From positions 1-59,205 of the IMG/VR virus record IMGVR_UViG_3300026026_000125: a DNA stretch of 59,205 bases. One strand, given 5' to 3'. Positions 24,185 through 34,581 of the stretch are shown here, one piece after another. The translations under genes were made by a program, and so were the position numbers. The stretch's first letter is position 1. Every line of letters begins with the position of its first letter. The DNA is from a virus (lineage: Duplodnaviria > Caudoviricetes). The notes below the pieces were generated by a model, which made no database searches, was not told where the DNA came from, and saw only the letters and a list, made by a program, of their open reading frames with translations.

Positions 24185-26356
24185 TTAAGGCAGAACATAT
24201 TGCCGCTCATTGCCTCGCGCATAAGCACAAAATTTAGTTATATAACTATTTGTATCAAAGAATATTACGCCAACGCCTTTTGCTGATTGTAGCTGATTGA
24301 TTATTGAATAAGTTCCCTCTAGTCCACCCTTACTAATGTTAATATTATCTTGAAAATGACAATATTTATTACTATCACAAACAATTCCTATTGTGTGAGT
24401 AGGTGAAATGCTAGGGTCAGCCCAATACGACCCAGATGTAACAACTGAATCTATTGAATTAATTCTTTTAATAAGTTTACATAATGTACCTGTATAATAT
24501 GCATAAACATAATTAGCTGTATCTTGATACCTAACAATTATTCCTGCTCCTGTTGTCCCTTTAACATAAGAGATATTATTTAAAACAACATTTGAAGTAT
24601 TCAAATTTACAATTGCAATAGCTCTTCCATTAATTAATGCACTTGCATATATTTGTTGACCATTCGTATTGACTGTACCAGATTTATTTAACCAAGTTAT
24701 ATTATTCCCTCCTGCTCCAAGTCCAATAGATTCATTATGTCCTAATCCATTTGACGTTCTTGTGTCTATTATTGTTGGTGCTTTGCTTATTTTAAAATTT
24801 GTGAAGGTATTTGAAGCCAATGTGGAGAACTTACCTTGTAGTGTATTTGATATAATACCAACATCGGATACTGTTCCAGATAATTTTAAAACCTTATTAT
24901 AATATAATGAAATAGTAGTTCCTAATTTAGCAAGTTTCAATTCTCCACCATTCACATATGTAATAGATGTAGAAGCGGCAATATCAGAATAAACACCATT
25001 AACACATTTAATTAGTTCAACATTTTTTGTTGATGCGTTTTTATATGTTATAAATCCTAAAATATAATATTTCGGATTTACCTCATTATCTAAGTTCAAC
25101 ACAAAGCCACAGTTTGAACCAATAGCTAAAGTGATATTTGCATAAATTGCTAAATTGTCTGATAGATACATATTCGAAGTAGCCATTAGGCTAGGAATAT
25201 TCAATGTTTGTAAACTACCATCATCAAATATTACATCATCTGTACCCCCAAGGCAACGCACTTCCATCTGATCAGTTGTTGTAGTTCTTGTTGAAACAAC
25301 ATACTTAACATAAGTTGCACTATTAATAGGTGTTGAATAAGAATTCAAACTATTTACAAATGCAAATGTTGTCGTATTGCCGGCTAATTTTTTAGCCCAC
25401 ATACTTGCACGATACCATAAATTAAGTGTTGGTGTTACTTTATTCCAAAGTAAACGCGGTGAACCGGAAACAGGAGTAAAATCCTGTGCATAAGTTCCTG
25501 TATGACTATCTGAACTTTGAATCGTTGTCCCTACACCTACCTTTGTTAAAGAACTACACAAACCACCTGTATAGCTAGCTTCTAAACTTGTATCTGCTAA
25601 TAATTCGATCCCTGATGTTGTCGGATTTACATTACCAACTGATGAATTATATAAATCTTCAAAATTATCTGATATTAAAGGGATAGGATAGAATGTTTTC
25701 TTTGGTATTCGCACCCAATCAAAAATTGGAGTGCTCACAGAATAATTAGCTAAATATAGTTTTAAATTACTTGCTGTTACTGCATTCCAATTAGTAAAAT
25801 GCAATAATTTCCAATTATTATTTAAATAGGAAAAAATACATATTCCCGTGTCTCGTAATACAAATGCATCAATTCTAGGAGAATTATATTCTAAAGAATC
25901 AATCCAAGACCATGTATTTGAATTAACAAAAGTATAATTACCAAAATGTTCAGGTAAACTCTGAATCCCAGTCGGAGGCGTTTTTAAGGATGTATCCAAA
26001 ACTATTCTAATCTCACCAGGGCCCAATGTATAATTAAATTTAATTACCCTTCCTCTTGTTCTCTGTAAATTTATGTCATACCAATACATTGGGTCTGCAT
26101 AACTCACTTGTGTTTCATTAAATCTTAAAAATCCACCACTTATAGAAAGCCTATTATGTGTATCAATTGCTTTTCTTGTCAACAATGACGGATATGGAGA
26201 TATAGCAGAATTACCTATTGAACCAGCACTGATCGGAATATTAAATTCATCATCGAGAATATAATTTCCCGTTGTCACTGCTTGCCACCATTCAGTTTGA
26301 CCATTTAAAATAATAGGAATAAAAATAAGAATAATTAAATATAATATCTTTCTCAT
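24185..26356 (-). CDS. Beta-rich lectin/carbohydrate-binding-like protein with signal peptide (tail or receptor-binding-like)
   Basis: 723 aa, S/T/N/G-rich; MRKILYLIILIFIPIILNG-Q. Confidence 0.6.
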   Translation of the reverse strand: MRKILYLIILIFIPIILNGQTEWWQAVTTGNYILDDEFNIPISAGSIGNSAISPYPSLLTRKAIDTHNRLSISGGFLRFNETQVSYADPMYWYDINLQRTRGRVIKFNYTLGPGEIRIVLDTSLKTPPTGIQSLPEHFGNYTFVNSNTWSWIDSLEYNSPRIDAFVLRDTGICIFSYLNNNWKLLHFTNWNAVTASNLKLYLANYSVSTPIFDWVRIPKKTFYPIPLISDNFEDLYNSSVGNVNPTTSGIELLADTSLEASYTGGLCSSLTKVGVGTTIQSSDSHTGTYAQDFTPVSGSPRLLWNKVTPTLNLWYRASMWAKKLAGNTTTFAFVNSLNSYSTPINSATYVKYVVSTRTTTTDQMEVRCLGGTDDVIFDDGSLQTLNIPSLMATSNMYLSDNLAIYANITLAIGSNCGFVLNLDNEVNPKYYILGFITYKNASTKNVELIKCVNGVYSDIAASTSITYVNGGELKLAKLGTTISLYYNKVLKLSGTVSDVGIISNTLQGKFSTLASNTFTNFKISKAPTIIDTRTSNGLGHNESIGLGAGGNNITWLNKSGTVNTNGQQIYASALINGRAIAIVNLNTSNVVLNNISYVKGTTGAGIIVRYQDTANYVYAYYTGTLCKLIKRINSIDSVVTSGSYWADPSISPTHTIGIVCDSNKYCHFQDNINISKGGLEGTYSIINQLQSAKGVGVIFFDTNSYITKFCAYARGNERQYVLP

Positions 26357-27051
26357 TGTAAGTAATATATTGTTCTTTCTATTAACCCCCCCGTAAGCAA
26401 TCGAAACATAACTATATTAACTGCCCCCGCCGTATCATCATATTCAGAACTACCGGAAGCTTTTTTACAAGGGCCATAATTAATTGTATATGAATTTCCG
26501 GTACCTATTAATATATAGGTTATTGTTGATCCTGGCTTTGCCCCTGTATCAAATGAAATTGATACAATAGTACTTCCTGAAATTGTATCTTGTCTATGAA
26601 TACTTTTTGTTTTTGAAAATGTTAAAACTATTAAGTTTGTTATATTATTAGTTGTTGTATCAGCTATTTCATAATCATACAATACTTTCAAAGCATTTGT
26701 CAAATCATTTGTTGAAAGGTTTTTACCGGTAACCTTATCAACTTTCTGATCTAATTTCCAAAGTGGTGTAAGACCTGTAGATTTATTGGTAGTATCAATA
26801 TTACTACTTGCATTACCACCTACTTTAACCCATTTATTTTGAATAGAACTCCAATAAATTAAAGTATCGTTATAATTGATAATACTGGTTTTATTTCCAG
26901 TAATTATATTCGTTAACGATGTAGTTTCTGTTTTTACAAAAGTAGTATCATAAATTCTATCCAATTTATAAATATAAAGAGGATAGTGTGCCTGACAAAA
27001 TCCCAAGATTGGAATTATTAACAAAAATAGGATTATGAATATTTTTTTCAT
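26353..27051 (-). CDS. Tail-fibre-like protein with signal peptide
   Basis: KVDKVTGKNLSTND fibre motif; MKKIFIILFLLIIPILGFC-Q. Confidence 0.6.
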   Translation of the reverse strand: MKKIFIILFLLIIPILGFCQAHYPLYIYKLDRIYDTTFVKTETTSLTNIITGNKTSIINYNDTLIYWSSIQNKWVKVGGNASSNIDTTNKSTGLTPLWKLDQKVDKVTGKNLSTNDLTNALKVLYDYEIADTTTNNITNLIVLTFSKTKSIHRQDTISGSTIVSISFDTGAKPGSTITYILIGTGNSYTINYGPCKKASGSSEYDDTAGAVNIVMFRLLTGGLIERTIYYLQ

Positions 27052-27062
27052 GAGTTTAATTT

Positions 27063-28553
27063 TTATAATCGTAATCGTTTGTAATAAATATAATACATCA
27101 ATTTGGGGTGAGAACCTGAACTAGCTGTTATATATGCTGTATTTATATTAATATCTTTACTTATCAAATTTGATTTTAATTCAGTTGATCTGTCTGAATT
27201 GTGAATTAAAAGATCATCTATTTCTTCCGTACTCATAAAATATACAAAATCCTCTCCGTATGTAGCTCCTATTGCTTGTGAATTTGCAGAAATTGTTATA
27301 AATCCTGAAATTCCTCCTGTAGCATCATAATTTGTCATTCCTGTAATCCATTTTTTCTTAATTATGATTTTATCAATTATTATACAATAATTTGGAACAC
27401 CGGTGATTATTTTTGTTATAGTACCATTAACTATTTTTGCTGAATCTAATTCTACACTATCTATGTATTCACTAACTATTAAATTTAACCCATAATCTGC
27501 TTCAAGATTTAATAATAATACATTTACATAATTTGTTGCTGTTTGACCACTATTTGTAGCAACAACAGTATATAATCCAGCATCCGTTGCATTAGTAACA
27601 GAATCATAAGAAAAAATACTACTTTCATAAAACCATTGGAAAGTTGTTCCACTTTTATTACTCGTTGCACTTAAAGTAACAAAAGAATTAGTAGCACTTA
27701 AATTTCCGGTTAAATTTGTTGCTGAAATCGTTAAAGTACTCAATCCTGCACTTGCTAATTGACTTAATGATTTTTTTATTCCTAAATTATTATAAAAATA
27801 TAATTCGGTTGATTTTGCATAAATACCTGAATTTAATGTAGACTGATCTTTTGAAAAAGATACTCGAGAAGAATCATAATGAGAATCTATAAATAAATTA
27901 CTTGAATCAATGGTTATTCCGTTACCGTACCCATTACTTTTTAATCCAAATAATTCTAGTTTTTTTGTGCTAAATTTTATATCTTCCCATAATTTATAGT
28001 TCCCAAGAAAAAAATAACTACTCGATGAAACTAAAGGATCAATAAATATATTATCTTGAATTGAATTGGTAGAATCACCTAAACTTATTTTGTTCCCATT
28101 AATATTTATACCTGAATTTGAACCAGTCCAATAATTCTTTCCTGATTTTTTCCCCCAATATGTAGTATCTGTTGCATCAATAGTTTTTGCAAGACTATTG
28201 ACCCATGATTGAAGTTGATTATGAATTAAAAGCGTATCCCACTTTGTTAATATTTTATTAGTATCGATTCCTAATTTTTGTATTCCGATTTTTATTAGCC
28301 CAGACCCATCTATTATCAATGAATCATGATGGTCATATGCCAATAGATGAGCATACATTGTATCATGTGCTAATTTTTTTAAAATATACCCGGAGACATA
28401 TCCAAAACCACGTAAATATACAGAGTCGGCCTCCATAGTTTTTTTGGATTTTATGAAATAATTAGCAGTAATATGGTCTTTTGTCAAGTCATTATTTTGA
28501 CCTGATAAATTAAAACACATTACTGCTAATATTATAAATAAAATATTTTTCAT
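27063..28553 (-). CDS. Fibre/Ig-like domain protein with signal peptide
   Basis: TFQWFY...AGLYTVVATN Ig-like segment; MKNILFIILAVMCFNLSG-Q. Confidence 0.6.
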   Translation of the reverse strand: MKNILFIILAVMCFNLSGQNNDLTKDHITANYFIKSKKTMEADSVYLRGFGYVSGYILKKLAHDTMYAHLLAYDHHDSLIIDGSGLIKIGIQKLGIDTNKILTKWDTLLIHNQLQSWVNSLAKTIDATDTTYWGKKSGKNYWTGSNSGININGNKISLGDSTNSIQDNIFIDPLVSSSSYFFLGNYKLWEDIKFSTKKLELFGLKSNGYGNGITIDSSNLFIDSHYDSSRVSFSKDQSTLNSGIYAKSTELYFYNNLGIKKSLSQLASAGLSTLTISATNLTGNLSATNSFVTLSATSNKSGTTFQWFYESSIFSYDSVTNATDAGLYTVVATNSGQTATNYVNVLLLNLEADYGLNLIVSEYIDSVELDSAKIVNGTITKIITGVPNYCIIIDKIIIKKKWITGMTNYDATGGISGFITISANSQAIGATYGEDFVYFMSTEEIDDLLIHNSDRSTELKSNLISKDININTAYITASSGSHPKLMYYIYYKRLRL

Positions 28554-28554
28554 A

Positions 28555-29589
28555 TTAATAGGATGCAGGAGTTATAGTAGAAACTGCGGCACCCGCATAA
28601 TCTGTTGCTGTTAAAATCCATTGTGTTGCTGAAACACATGTAGCTTTAAACATTACATTGGCCCCTATAGTAGCCTGTTTATTTGTCACAGTATTATTAA
28701 GATAAACTGTTCCGGATTGAGCAGCGGCAACACGCAACCTACATCCATTTGCCCCCACAAAACCGGTTATCACTAACCCTACAGTTGAAGAACTTGCCGC
28801 AGGGAGCATAAGTTTATATGTAGCGCCCCCAGAAGTAACAGTTACAAATTGAGTAACTGCTGAAAGCAAAGCCCCTGCTGAAGTGGTATCTGCTGCTGCT
28901 GTAGCAGTTGTAACCAATTGTGGAATAGCATTGGCAATGGTTAGCCCATTAAATGTCCCATCGGATGTTATGTTTCCTATTCCTGTCATAATTCCTGTGG
29001 TGCTAATGTCCCAATCGCTGGAATTTACGCCTACAGTTTGACCATTATCTCCAATTGTTAATGCGGTAGTTCCAACTAAAGCCTGACTTGTTCCAAGATT
29101 GACCCCTGCTCCTGAAGTAATTAATCCAGTCGATGTGACTTTTCCCGTAGAATCAACATTAAATTTACTCGCCGAATTTACCTGTACATCTATGCAATGT
29201 AAATCGGTTGTTGCATCCAAAATAATATTATCACCATCTTTTGTATTGGTAATAGCCCCTACAGTCGTTAATGTACCTGTAAAATTTGCAGATGAACTAA
29301 TAGTTTGACTATTTATAGTTCCTGCCGTAACAACTTTTCCAGTTGAGTCTACGCTAAACTTACTAGCCGAATTCACAGAAAGGTTTAATGGTTTTAGCAC
29401 TGCGCCCATATCTACTGTGAATGTGTCTCCATCATTAGTAATATCTCCGATAGTTACCACTGAATCAGAAAATATTTTAAAAGCGCTATACACATCGTAT
29501 TGTGTAGCGAATTTATTTGGACTTTTTTTAAGTTGTCCAAAACTTATTAAGTTGATTAATAGCAATATTGAAATAAATAATGTTTTCAT
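28555..29589 (-). CDS. Fibre-like structural protein with signal peptide
   Basis: Repeat VNSASKFxVDSTGKV x2; MKTLFISILLLINLISFG-Q. Confidence 0.6.
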   Translation of the reverse strand: MKTLFISILLLINLISFGQLKKSPNKFATQYDVYSAFKIFSDSVVTIGDITNDGDTFTVDMGAVLKPLNLSVNSASKFSVDSTGKVVTAGTINSQTISSSANFTGTLTTVGAITNTKDGDNIILDATTDLHCIDVQVNSASKFNVDSTGKVTSTGLITSGAGVNLGTSQALVGTTALTIGDNGQTVGVNSSDWDISTTGIMTGIGNITSDGTFNGLTIANAIPQLVTTATAAADTTSAGALLSAVTQFVTVTSGGATYKLMLPAASSSTVGLVITGFVGANGCRLRVAAAQSGTVYLNNTVTNKQATIGANVMFKATCVSATQWILTATDYAGAAVSTITPASY

Positions 29590-29608
29590 TGTTTTATATT
29601 TTAAATTG

Positions 29609-30478
29609 TTAAATTATACTACCTGTTCTGTACATAGGTTGAATCCTTCTGAAACTTAATGCCCTGAGATCAGCATATAATTGATTTACCTCAACTTCCG
29701 TTAATTCCCATTCAGTTTTATTTTTGTTTAGTTTATACCATTCTTTTAATGTGTATTTTTGATAAATTTGGAATATTTTATTATCAATAACTTCCAGTGC
29801 TCTTGAATCAAAATTCTTAAGGTTTTCAATAGTGATCGTGATTTTTCCTTTTGTATCTACATAAACTGGTTCGGCTTGCCAATATGTAGTACTGGATGCA
29901 GGGGCATGACCAGTATTTGCAGCTTGCAAAGATTTATAAATAATCCCAACATCTACTACAAAATCATTTGCAGCATATGCTTGCGCGGCCACATAAGGGG
30001 GTATTGTGGTATCAATTTCTTGTTTTTCCCAATATGTAGGACTTGATGATGGAGTATGGCCTATATTTCCGGCCTGAAGTGATTTATATGTATATCCATC
30101 GTAATACACATAAACTGCTATTGGGTATGTTGTCCCAGCAACATAAACAGGTGATACCGGACCATCGTCAAAAAGAAATGAGTTAACAAGTTCTTTACTT
30201 AAATATCCCAATTGTCTGAATACATTATCGGCTGCTTCTTTTAGGAATTTTCTGAAAACATTCTTTTCATCATTTGATAAAGCATATCTATCAAATGCAG
30301 AATTTCCTTTATCATCCATGGCGTATTTTGAGCCAATGGACGTGTATTCTTTTACGACTTCAAATATGTCATCGATTTTATGTTGTAAAATTGCATAGCT
30401 TGGAGCGTCAACGTCTACATCGCCCTGTCCTGTGGTAACAAGACTTTCTATGTTTTCAATAAAGGTTATGTATGCCAT
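29609..30478 (-). CDS. Structural protein with two CBM5/12-like modules
   Basis: YKSLQAGNIGHTPSSSPTYW and YKSLQAANTGHAPASSTTYW. Confidence 0.65.
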   Translation of the reverse strand: MAYITFIENIESLVTTGQGDVDVDAPSYAILQHKIDDIFEVVKEYTSIGSKYAMDDKGNSAFDRYALSNDEKNVFRKFLKEAADNVFRQLGYLSKELVNSFLFDDGPVSPVYVAGTTYPIAVYVYYDGYTYKSLQAGNIGHTPSSSPTYWEKQEIDTTIPPYVAAQAYAANDFVVDVGIIYKSLQAANTGHAPASSTTYWQAEPVYVDTKGKITITIENLKNFDSRALEVIDNKIFQIYQKYTLKEWYKLNKNKTEWELTEVEVNQLYADLRALSFRRIQPMYRTGSII

Positions 30479-30482
30479 AATT

Positions 30483-31121
30483 TTATGTATTAAGTAATAA
30501 TTGAATCATTTGAATATATTCACCTTTAATAATATTTGCTAAATCAGTCCTTCCGGTTATTATCATAACTTTTTGAGCACACAGAGAAGATAATACCGGG
30601 ACCAAATTATCAGGAACCTGATCGGGGATCATTATTTTAATATAGGCCAAATCAGGGCTTAGATTCACAGTGTCATCCTGTACTGTATAACATTCCAAAA
30701 GTTTTTTATTTGTTGTAAGATCTTTTTTAATAACCACTACTGGTTTAGCAAAACCTCCCCTGGTATATTCATTTTTCTGGACTGCATATAAAGGATGTGA
30801 TTCTGATATTACTTGATTTATTGGCCTCTCCCAACACGGAAATTTAAGATATGCCAATTTCAAATATTCAGTTGGCAGTTTTATTGTAGCAATATTGTCA
30901 GAAATAGAAACCAAACCTGTAATATTCAATTTTGATAATGGCAACAAATGGATTGGCACGGTTAATTCAAGTTCTTCAGTACATTCATCCAAGAGTATAT
31001 CTATATATTCTTCTATAGGCTTCGCATTTACATTTAGTGCAGAGACAATAAGGCCTTGTCCGAATGATGCGTATTCATCCAGTTTTACAGTAACTTTTTG
31101 TATGATAGTTTTTCTGTCCAT
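30483..31121 (-). CDS. Head-tail adaptor-like structural protein
   Basis: IKLPTEYLKL motif, size and position. Confidence 0.55.
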   Translation of the reverse strand: MDRKTIIQKVTVKLDEYASFGQGLIVSALNVNAKPIEEYIDILLDECTEELELTVPIHLLPLSKLNITGLVSISDNIATIKLPTEYLKLAYLKFPCWERPINQVISESHPLYAVQKNEYTRGGFAKPVVVIKKDLTTNKKLLECYTVQDDTVNLSPDLAYIKIMIPDQVPDNLVPVLSSLCAQKVMIITGRTDLANIIKGEYIQMIQLLLNT

Positions 31122-31595
31122 TTATGCCGGATAATCTTCGATATATAATATGTAAATATTTACTGTCCCAGTTATTGTAAAATATAATGTGCCTCCACCA
31201 GGGAAAGTTGTATCAATACTACTTCCTGAAAATCCTCCGGCCACTACATTTAAGGTATCTATTAATTCGGTTCCATTATCTGTTGTTCCCGCATTTACTG
31301 CGGCTCCTGCAGAACTTGATACTCCTATATGAAGAATATGGGTGTTTTCAGCAATAGATACATCATAACTCCCGGTTTTATTATTATGTGTAGATACTTT
31401 AACTCCTTTTATTCCAACTAAAGCCGCGATAGAAATATCTAATAAATCTAATTTTTGCGCCAGACTTAATGTTTCATTATAAACTACATCCTGAACTGTT
31501 ATTTCGCCATCATTGTAAAACTTCAAAACCGGATTTGATATAATTTCAATATTATATTTTGGTTGTTGATCTACTATTTCGACAGTCCAACTCAT
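31122..31595 (-). CDS. Structural protein
   Basis: 157-aa beta-rich ORF in the virion operon. Confidence 0.6.
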   Translation of the reverse strand: MSWTVEIVDQQPKYNIEIISNPVLKFYNDGEITVQDVVYNETLSLAQKLDLLDISIAALVGIKGVKVSTHNNKTGSYDVSIAENTHILHIGVSSSAGAAVNAGTTDNGTELIDTLNVVAGGFSGSSIDTTFPGGGTLYFTITGTVNIYILYIEDYPA

Positions 31596-32581
31596 GATAT
31601 TGTTATTATATTTCCACTATCCGTATCATCACCAACATAATTTATTGTCGCGGAGCCAGTAATCCCATTCCCGGTTATACTAAATGCTTGTCCATTTACA
31701 GTTGTAGAGCCGGAAGCCATTAAATTTGTTTTTGCAACATCTTTATATAATTGAAGTGTATAATTTCCTCCAATATAAATTATATTCCAATACAGTTTAT
31801 AATTATCAGAATTATTAAACGTTACACCATTTAAAGTCAGGTTTGATATTTGTGGTGTATCATAAAAATCAACTGTGTTACCACTATCCGTATCTGATGT
31901 TATTAAATTTATAGTTATATTTCCACTGATTCCGCTTTGATAAGGACTCCCATTGAGAGATGCTGTATGTATTCCTCCTACTCCCGACCCTTCATCAATA
32001 TCAGCTTTAGCAACAATAGAATTCGCTGATTTAGATGAATTTTTATAAAAAGTAAAGACCGACGTATCTGTATAAATATTCAAATTCCAGTATAATCTCA
32101 GATTATCTGTATTTTCTAGCGTGACTCCTAAAATACTTAAGTCTAATATTTGCCCCCCTGCATCACCACTTATCACCATAGGATGATCGCCTTGTACGGT
32201 TACTTTTTTTAATCCATCATCATCTTTCATCTCAGATGGCCTTATTTCTGCTATCTCTGTGATACGTATTAAATCTTCTTTTCCATCTATCAGATCAGCC
32301 TGTGTTTTTACAATTTTAATCTCCATTGTCAATAGACCTAAGGCTAAATCTTTGGTTATACTAGAATCAATCCAGCAATCATAATAAGTTGATGATACTT
32401 TATTTATTGAATAGTATCCGTATTTTGTCTCTCTGCTGTATTTTAGTTTTGCTTCCTTGTCAGTATAAAAATAAAATAAGATATTAATTAAGTTGTCAAG
32501 ATTAATAAGAGAACCTGTTTCATTATCTCTAATCATGAATCCTTTATAAATATCTTCGCCTTGGTGTATTACTGGAAGCAT
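31592..32581 (-). CDS. Structural protein with duplicated C-terminal domain
   Basis: GVTxxNxDNxxLYWN and DTDSGN each occur twice. Confidence 0.6.
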   Translation of the reverse strand: MLPVIHQGEDIYKGFMIRDNETGSLINLDNLINILFYFYTDKEAKLKYSRETKYGYYSINKVSSTYYDCWIDSSITKDLALGLLTMEIKIVKTQADLIDGKEDLIRITEIAEIRPSEMKDDDGLKKVTVQGDHPMVISGDAGGQILDLSILGVTLENTDNLRLYWNLNIYTDTSVFTFYKNSSKSANSIVAKADIDEGSGVGGIHTASLNGSPYQSGISGNITINLITSDTDSGNTVDFYDTPQISNLTLNGVTFNNSDNYKLYWNIIYIGGNYTLQLYKDVAKTNLMASGSTTVNGQAFSITGNGITGSATINYVGDDTDSGNIITIS

Positions 32582-32594
32582 TTTAGTTTTTATT

Positions 32595-32619
32595 AAAAAG
32601 GCGGACTTTAAAATCCGCC
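32595..32619 (-). terminator. Intrinsic terminator after the capsid genes
   Basis: GGCGGA/TCCGCC + TTTTT on minus. Confidence 0.7.
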
Positions 32620-32626
32620 CTGGTGT

Positions 32627-33031
32627 TTAATTTAATTTCGGAAATGAAATATTAAGATTTTTTGCAGCCTCCAAAACTTTTTCTTTATTGGTAAGTTGGG
32701 ATATTTTTACCTTATTAGGGTATTTTTCAACCAGAAATCTTTTGGCCTTTTGGATTGAATCACTATCATTCTCTATTGGGTCGAAAACTTCTCCTGTATC
32801 TACAGGTTTTGCAGGAGAGTTCCCTACAGGTGTAATTAAAACAAATTGCCTTCCATAGCTTACATCTTCCTCGATAGCCTTTTGAAGTTTTACATCGTCA
32901 GTGGTAAACTTTCCATTTCTTACAAATGGCCTTGTTATTCCATTTCTGAACTCAATAGAATGTGGCACTCCGTCAACCATAATTGTAGTCGACAATGAGA
33001 AATATTTAAGTGACTGATATGTTTTAAACAT
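32627..33031 (-). CDS. Conserved protein downstream of the major capsid gene
   Basis: 134-aa ORF. Confidence 0.75.
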   Translation of the reverse strand: MFKTYQSLKYFSLSTTIMVDGVPHSIEFRNGITRPFVRNGKFTTDDVKLQKAIEEDVSYGRQFVLITPVGNSPAKPVDTGEVFDPIENDSDSIQKAKRFLVEKYPNKVKISQLTNKEKVLEAAKNLNISFPKLN

Positions 33032-33049
33032 AGTTTTTAATTTATTTTG

Positions 33050-33121
33050 TTGCGAGGGCGGGATTCGAACCCGCGACCTCCAGATTATGAGTCTGGCGAG
33101 CTACCACTGCTCTACCTCACT
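33050..33121 (-). tRNA. tRNA-Met(CAT), initiator-like
   Basis: Cloverleaf AGTGAGG-TA-GAGCAGTGGTAGCTC-G-CCAGA-CTCATAA-TCTGG-AGGTC-GCGGG-TTCGAAT-CCCGC-CCTCGCA-A; no encoded CCA. Confidence 0.92.
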
Positions 33122-33127
33122 ATAGTT

Positions 33128-34561
33128 TTATGCTTTCTTACTAAAGAAACAATGAGCCTCTGGATATTGCAAATAATTAGTTGAACATTCTTTCATAATC
33201 ACTCCGATAGAATTGCTTTCACCAGTTGCCTCAAAATCAAGTTCTTTCCTTTGCATAGTAAGTCTTGATGATTTATTAACATATTCCAAATCTAATGCCG
33301 CGCCTTTATTAGCCCAGCCCATTTCTGAGAATAAAGGATGATGGATTACGTCAAATATTCCAAATTCAGTAATCCATTGGGTAAATTGAATTCCCCATTC
33401 TTCTTTGGTCTGGGTCTTCATATAGGTTTTATTATTAAGTTGAAATTCCATTAAGGATTGAACCAAATCAGACCCTGCAAATAGAGTCTTTCTTGACGAT
33501 CCTGAGTTTCCAACAAATAATTTTTTAAAATAATCGGTCATATTCCTTACAGATATAATCCTATCACTTCCCCCGGTTCCATATTCAACATTATTTATAA
33601 TATTCCAAGAAAATCCATCCATTGTATATCTCTTGGTGCTATCTTCCACATTGGTGACAATACTCTTTTTGCTCCACCAGTAAGCACATTCAATTTCAGC
33701 ACGTATCTGCAATGCCATCATTCTTTCATAATCTGCCAATTCCCACTGAACTTCTTTTGCCTGATCTTTATTGAAATTACTCATCTGGACCATACGTAGA
33801 AAATACTGACAATAATTTTCATCAGGTTCAGGTAAAATCTGAAATGGAGATGTTTTAGCGGCAAGTTCATCTTTAGCTGGCGCTAAGCGATACAAAACTA
33901 CAGCAGATGTAAAATTAGGCATACAATAAACAGCGGCTTTTGTATTAAGTCCCTTAATTCCATTTAATGGAGAAACTTCAATAGCGCTGTTGTCTACTTT
34001 ATGTACATAAAAAACAATATCACTGGTTGAAGTAAGGCTACTTGCGGCAACAACTAACAAGGGTGATATTGCAATGTCCCTCATTATAAATGTATCATCT
34101 TTCTGCCATAGAGTTTGATCGGTTACTTTGATCCAAAACTTACTTAACCCATCACCTGATGCATATGTATATTCTTTTGCCGGTACACTCGATGTACTTC
34201 CGTTACCACTAACTGTATCGTCTATCGCATCAAACAAAGCGGGACTTGCGACTCTGTAATATTTCTTTATAAAACTATTACATGGTGTCGATTTTTTTAT
34301 TTCCCTTATAATTGTATCTAATGGAAACCGTGATGGATTATGAATACAAACCTCTTTATCAATATCCTTCAGGTTTAATCCCGGAACTAATTCATCAGTT
34401 GCCAATACTTCTACGGGATCTCCCGAAATAGCTACCCCTTGGGCAGCAAACAAGACAACTCCCGTGGCAAATAAAGCCGGAAGGAAACTAAACAAAACAA
34501 ACATGCATATGGAAGCTAAAAGTAATTTAGCTATTAAATTGGTTGTAAGATACTTTTTCAT
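33128..34561 (-). CDS. Major capsid protein (HK97-like) with hydrophobic N-terminal leader
   Basis: Downstream of scaffold; NYCQYF, EIECAYWWS, TMDG and FGIFDVIHHPLF pattern of podoviral major capsid proteins. Confidence 0.8.
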   Translation of the reverse strand: MKKYLTTNLIAKLLLASICMFVLFSFLPALFATGVVLFAAQGVAISGDPVEVLATDELVPGLNLKDIDKEVCIHNPSRFPLDTIIREIKKSTPCNSFIKKYYRVASPALFDAIDDTVSGNGSTSSVPAKEYTYASGDGLSKFWIKVTDQTLWQKDDTFIMRDIAISPLLVVAASSLTSTSDIVFYVHKVDNSAIEVSPLNGIKGLNTKAAVYCMPNFTSAVVLYRLAPAKDELAAKTSPFQILPEPDENYCQYFLRMVQMSNFNKDQAKEVQWELADYERMMALQIRAEIECAYWWSKKSIVTNVEDSTKRYTMDGFSWNIINNVEYGTGGSDRIISVRNMTDYFKKLFVGNSGSSRKTLFAGSDLVQSLMEFQLNNKTYMKTQTKEEWGIQFTQWITEFGIFDVIHHPLFSEMGWANKGAALDLEYVNKSSRLTMQRKELDFEATGESNSIGVIMKECSTNYLQYPEAHCFFSKKA

Positions 34562-34581
34562 TTTAATGAATATTTAAGTTA

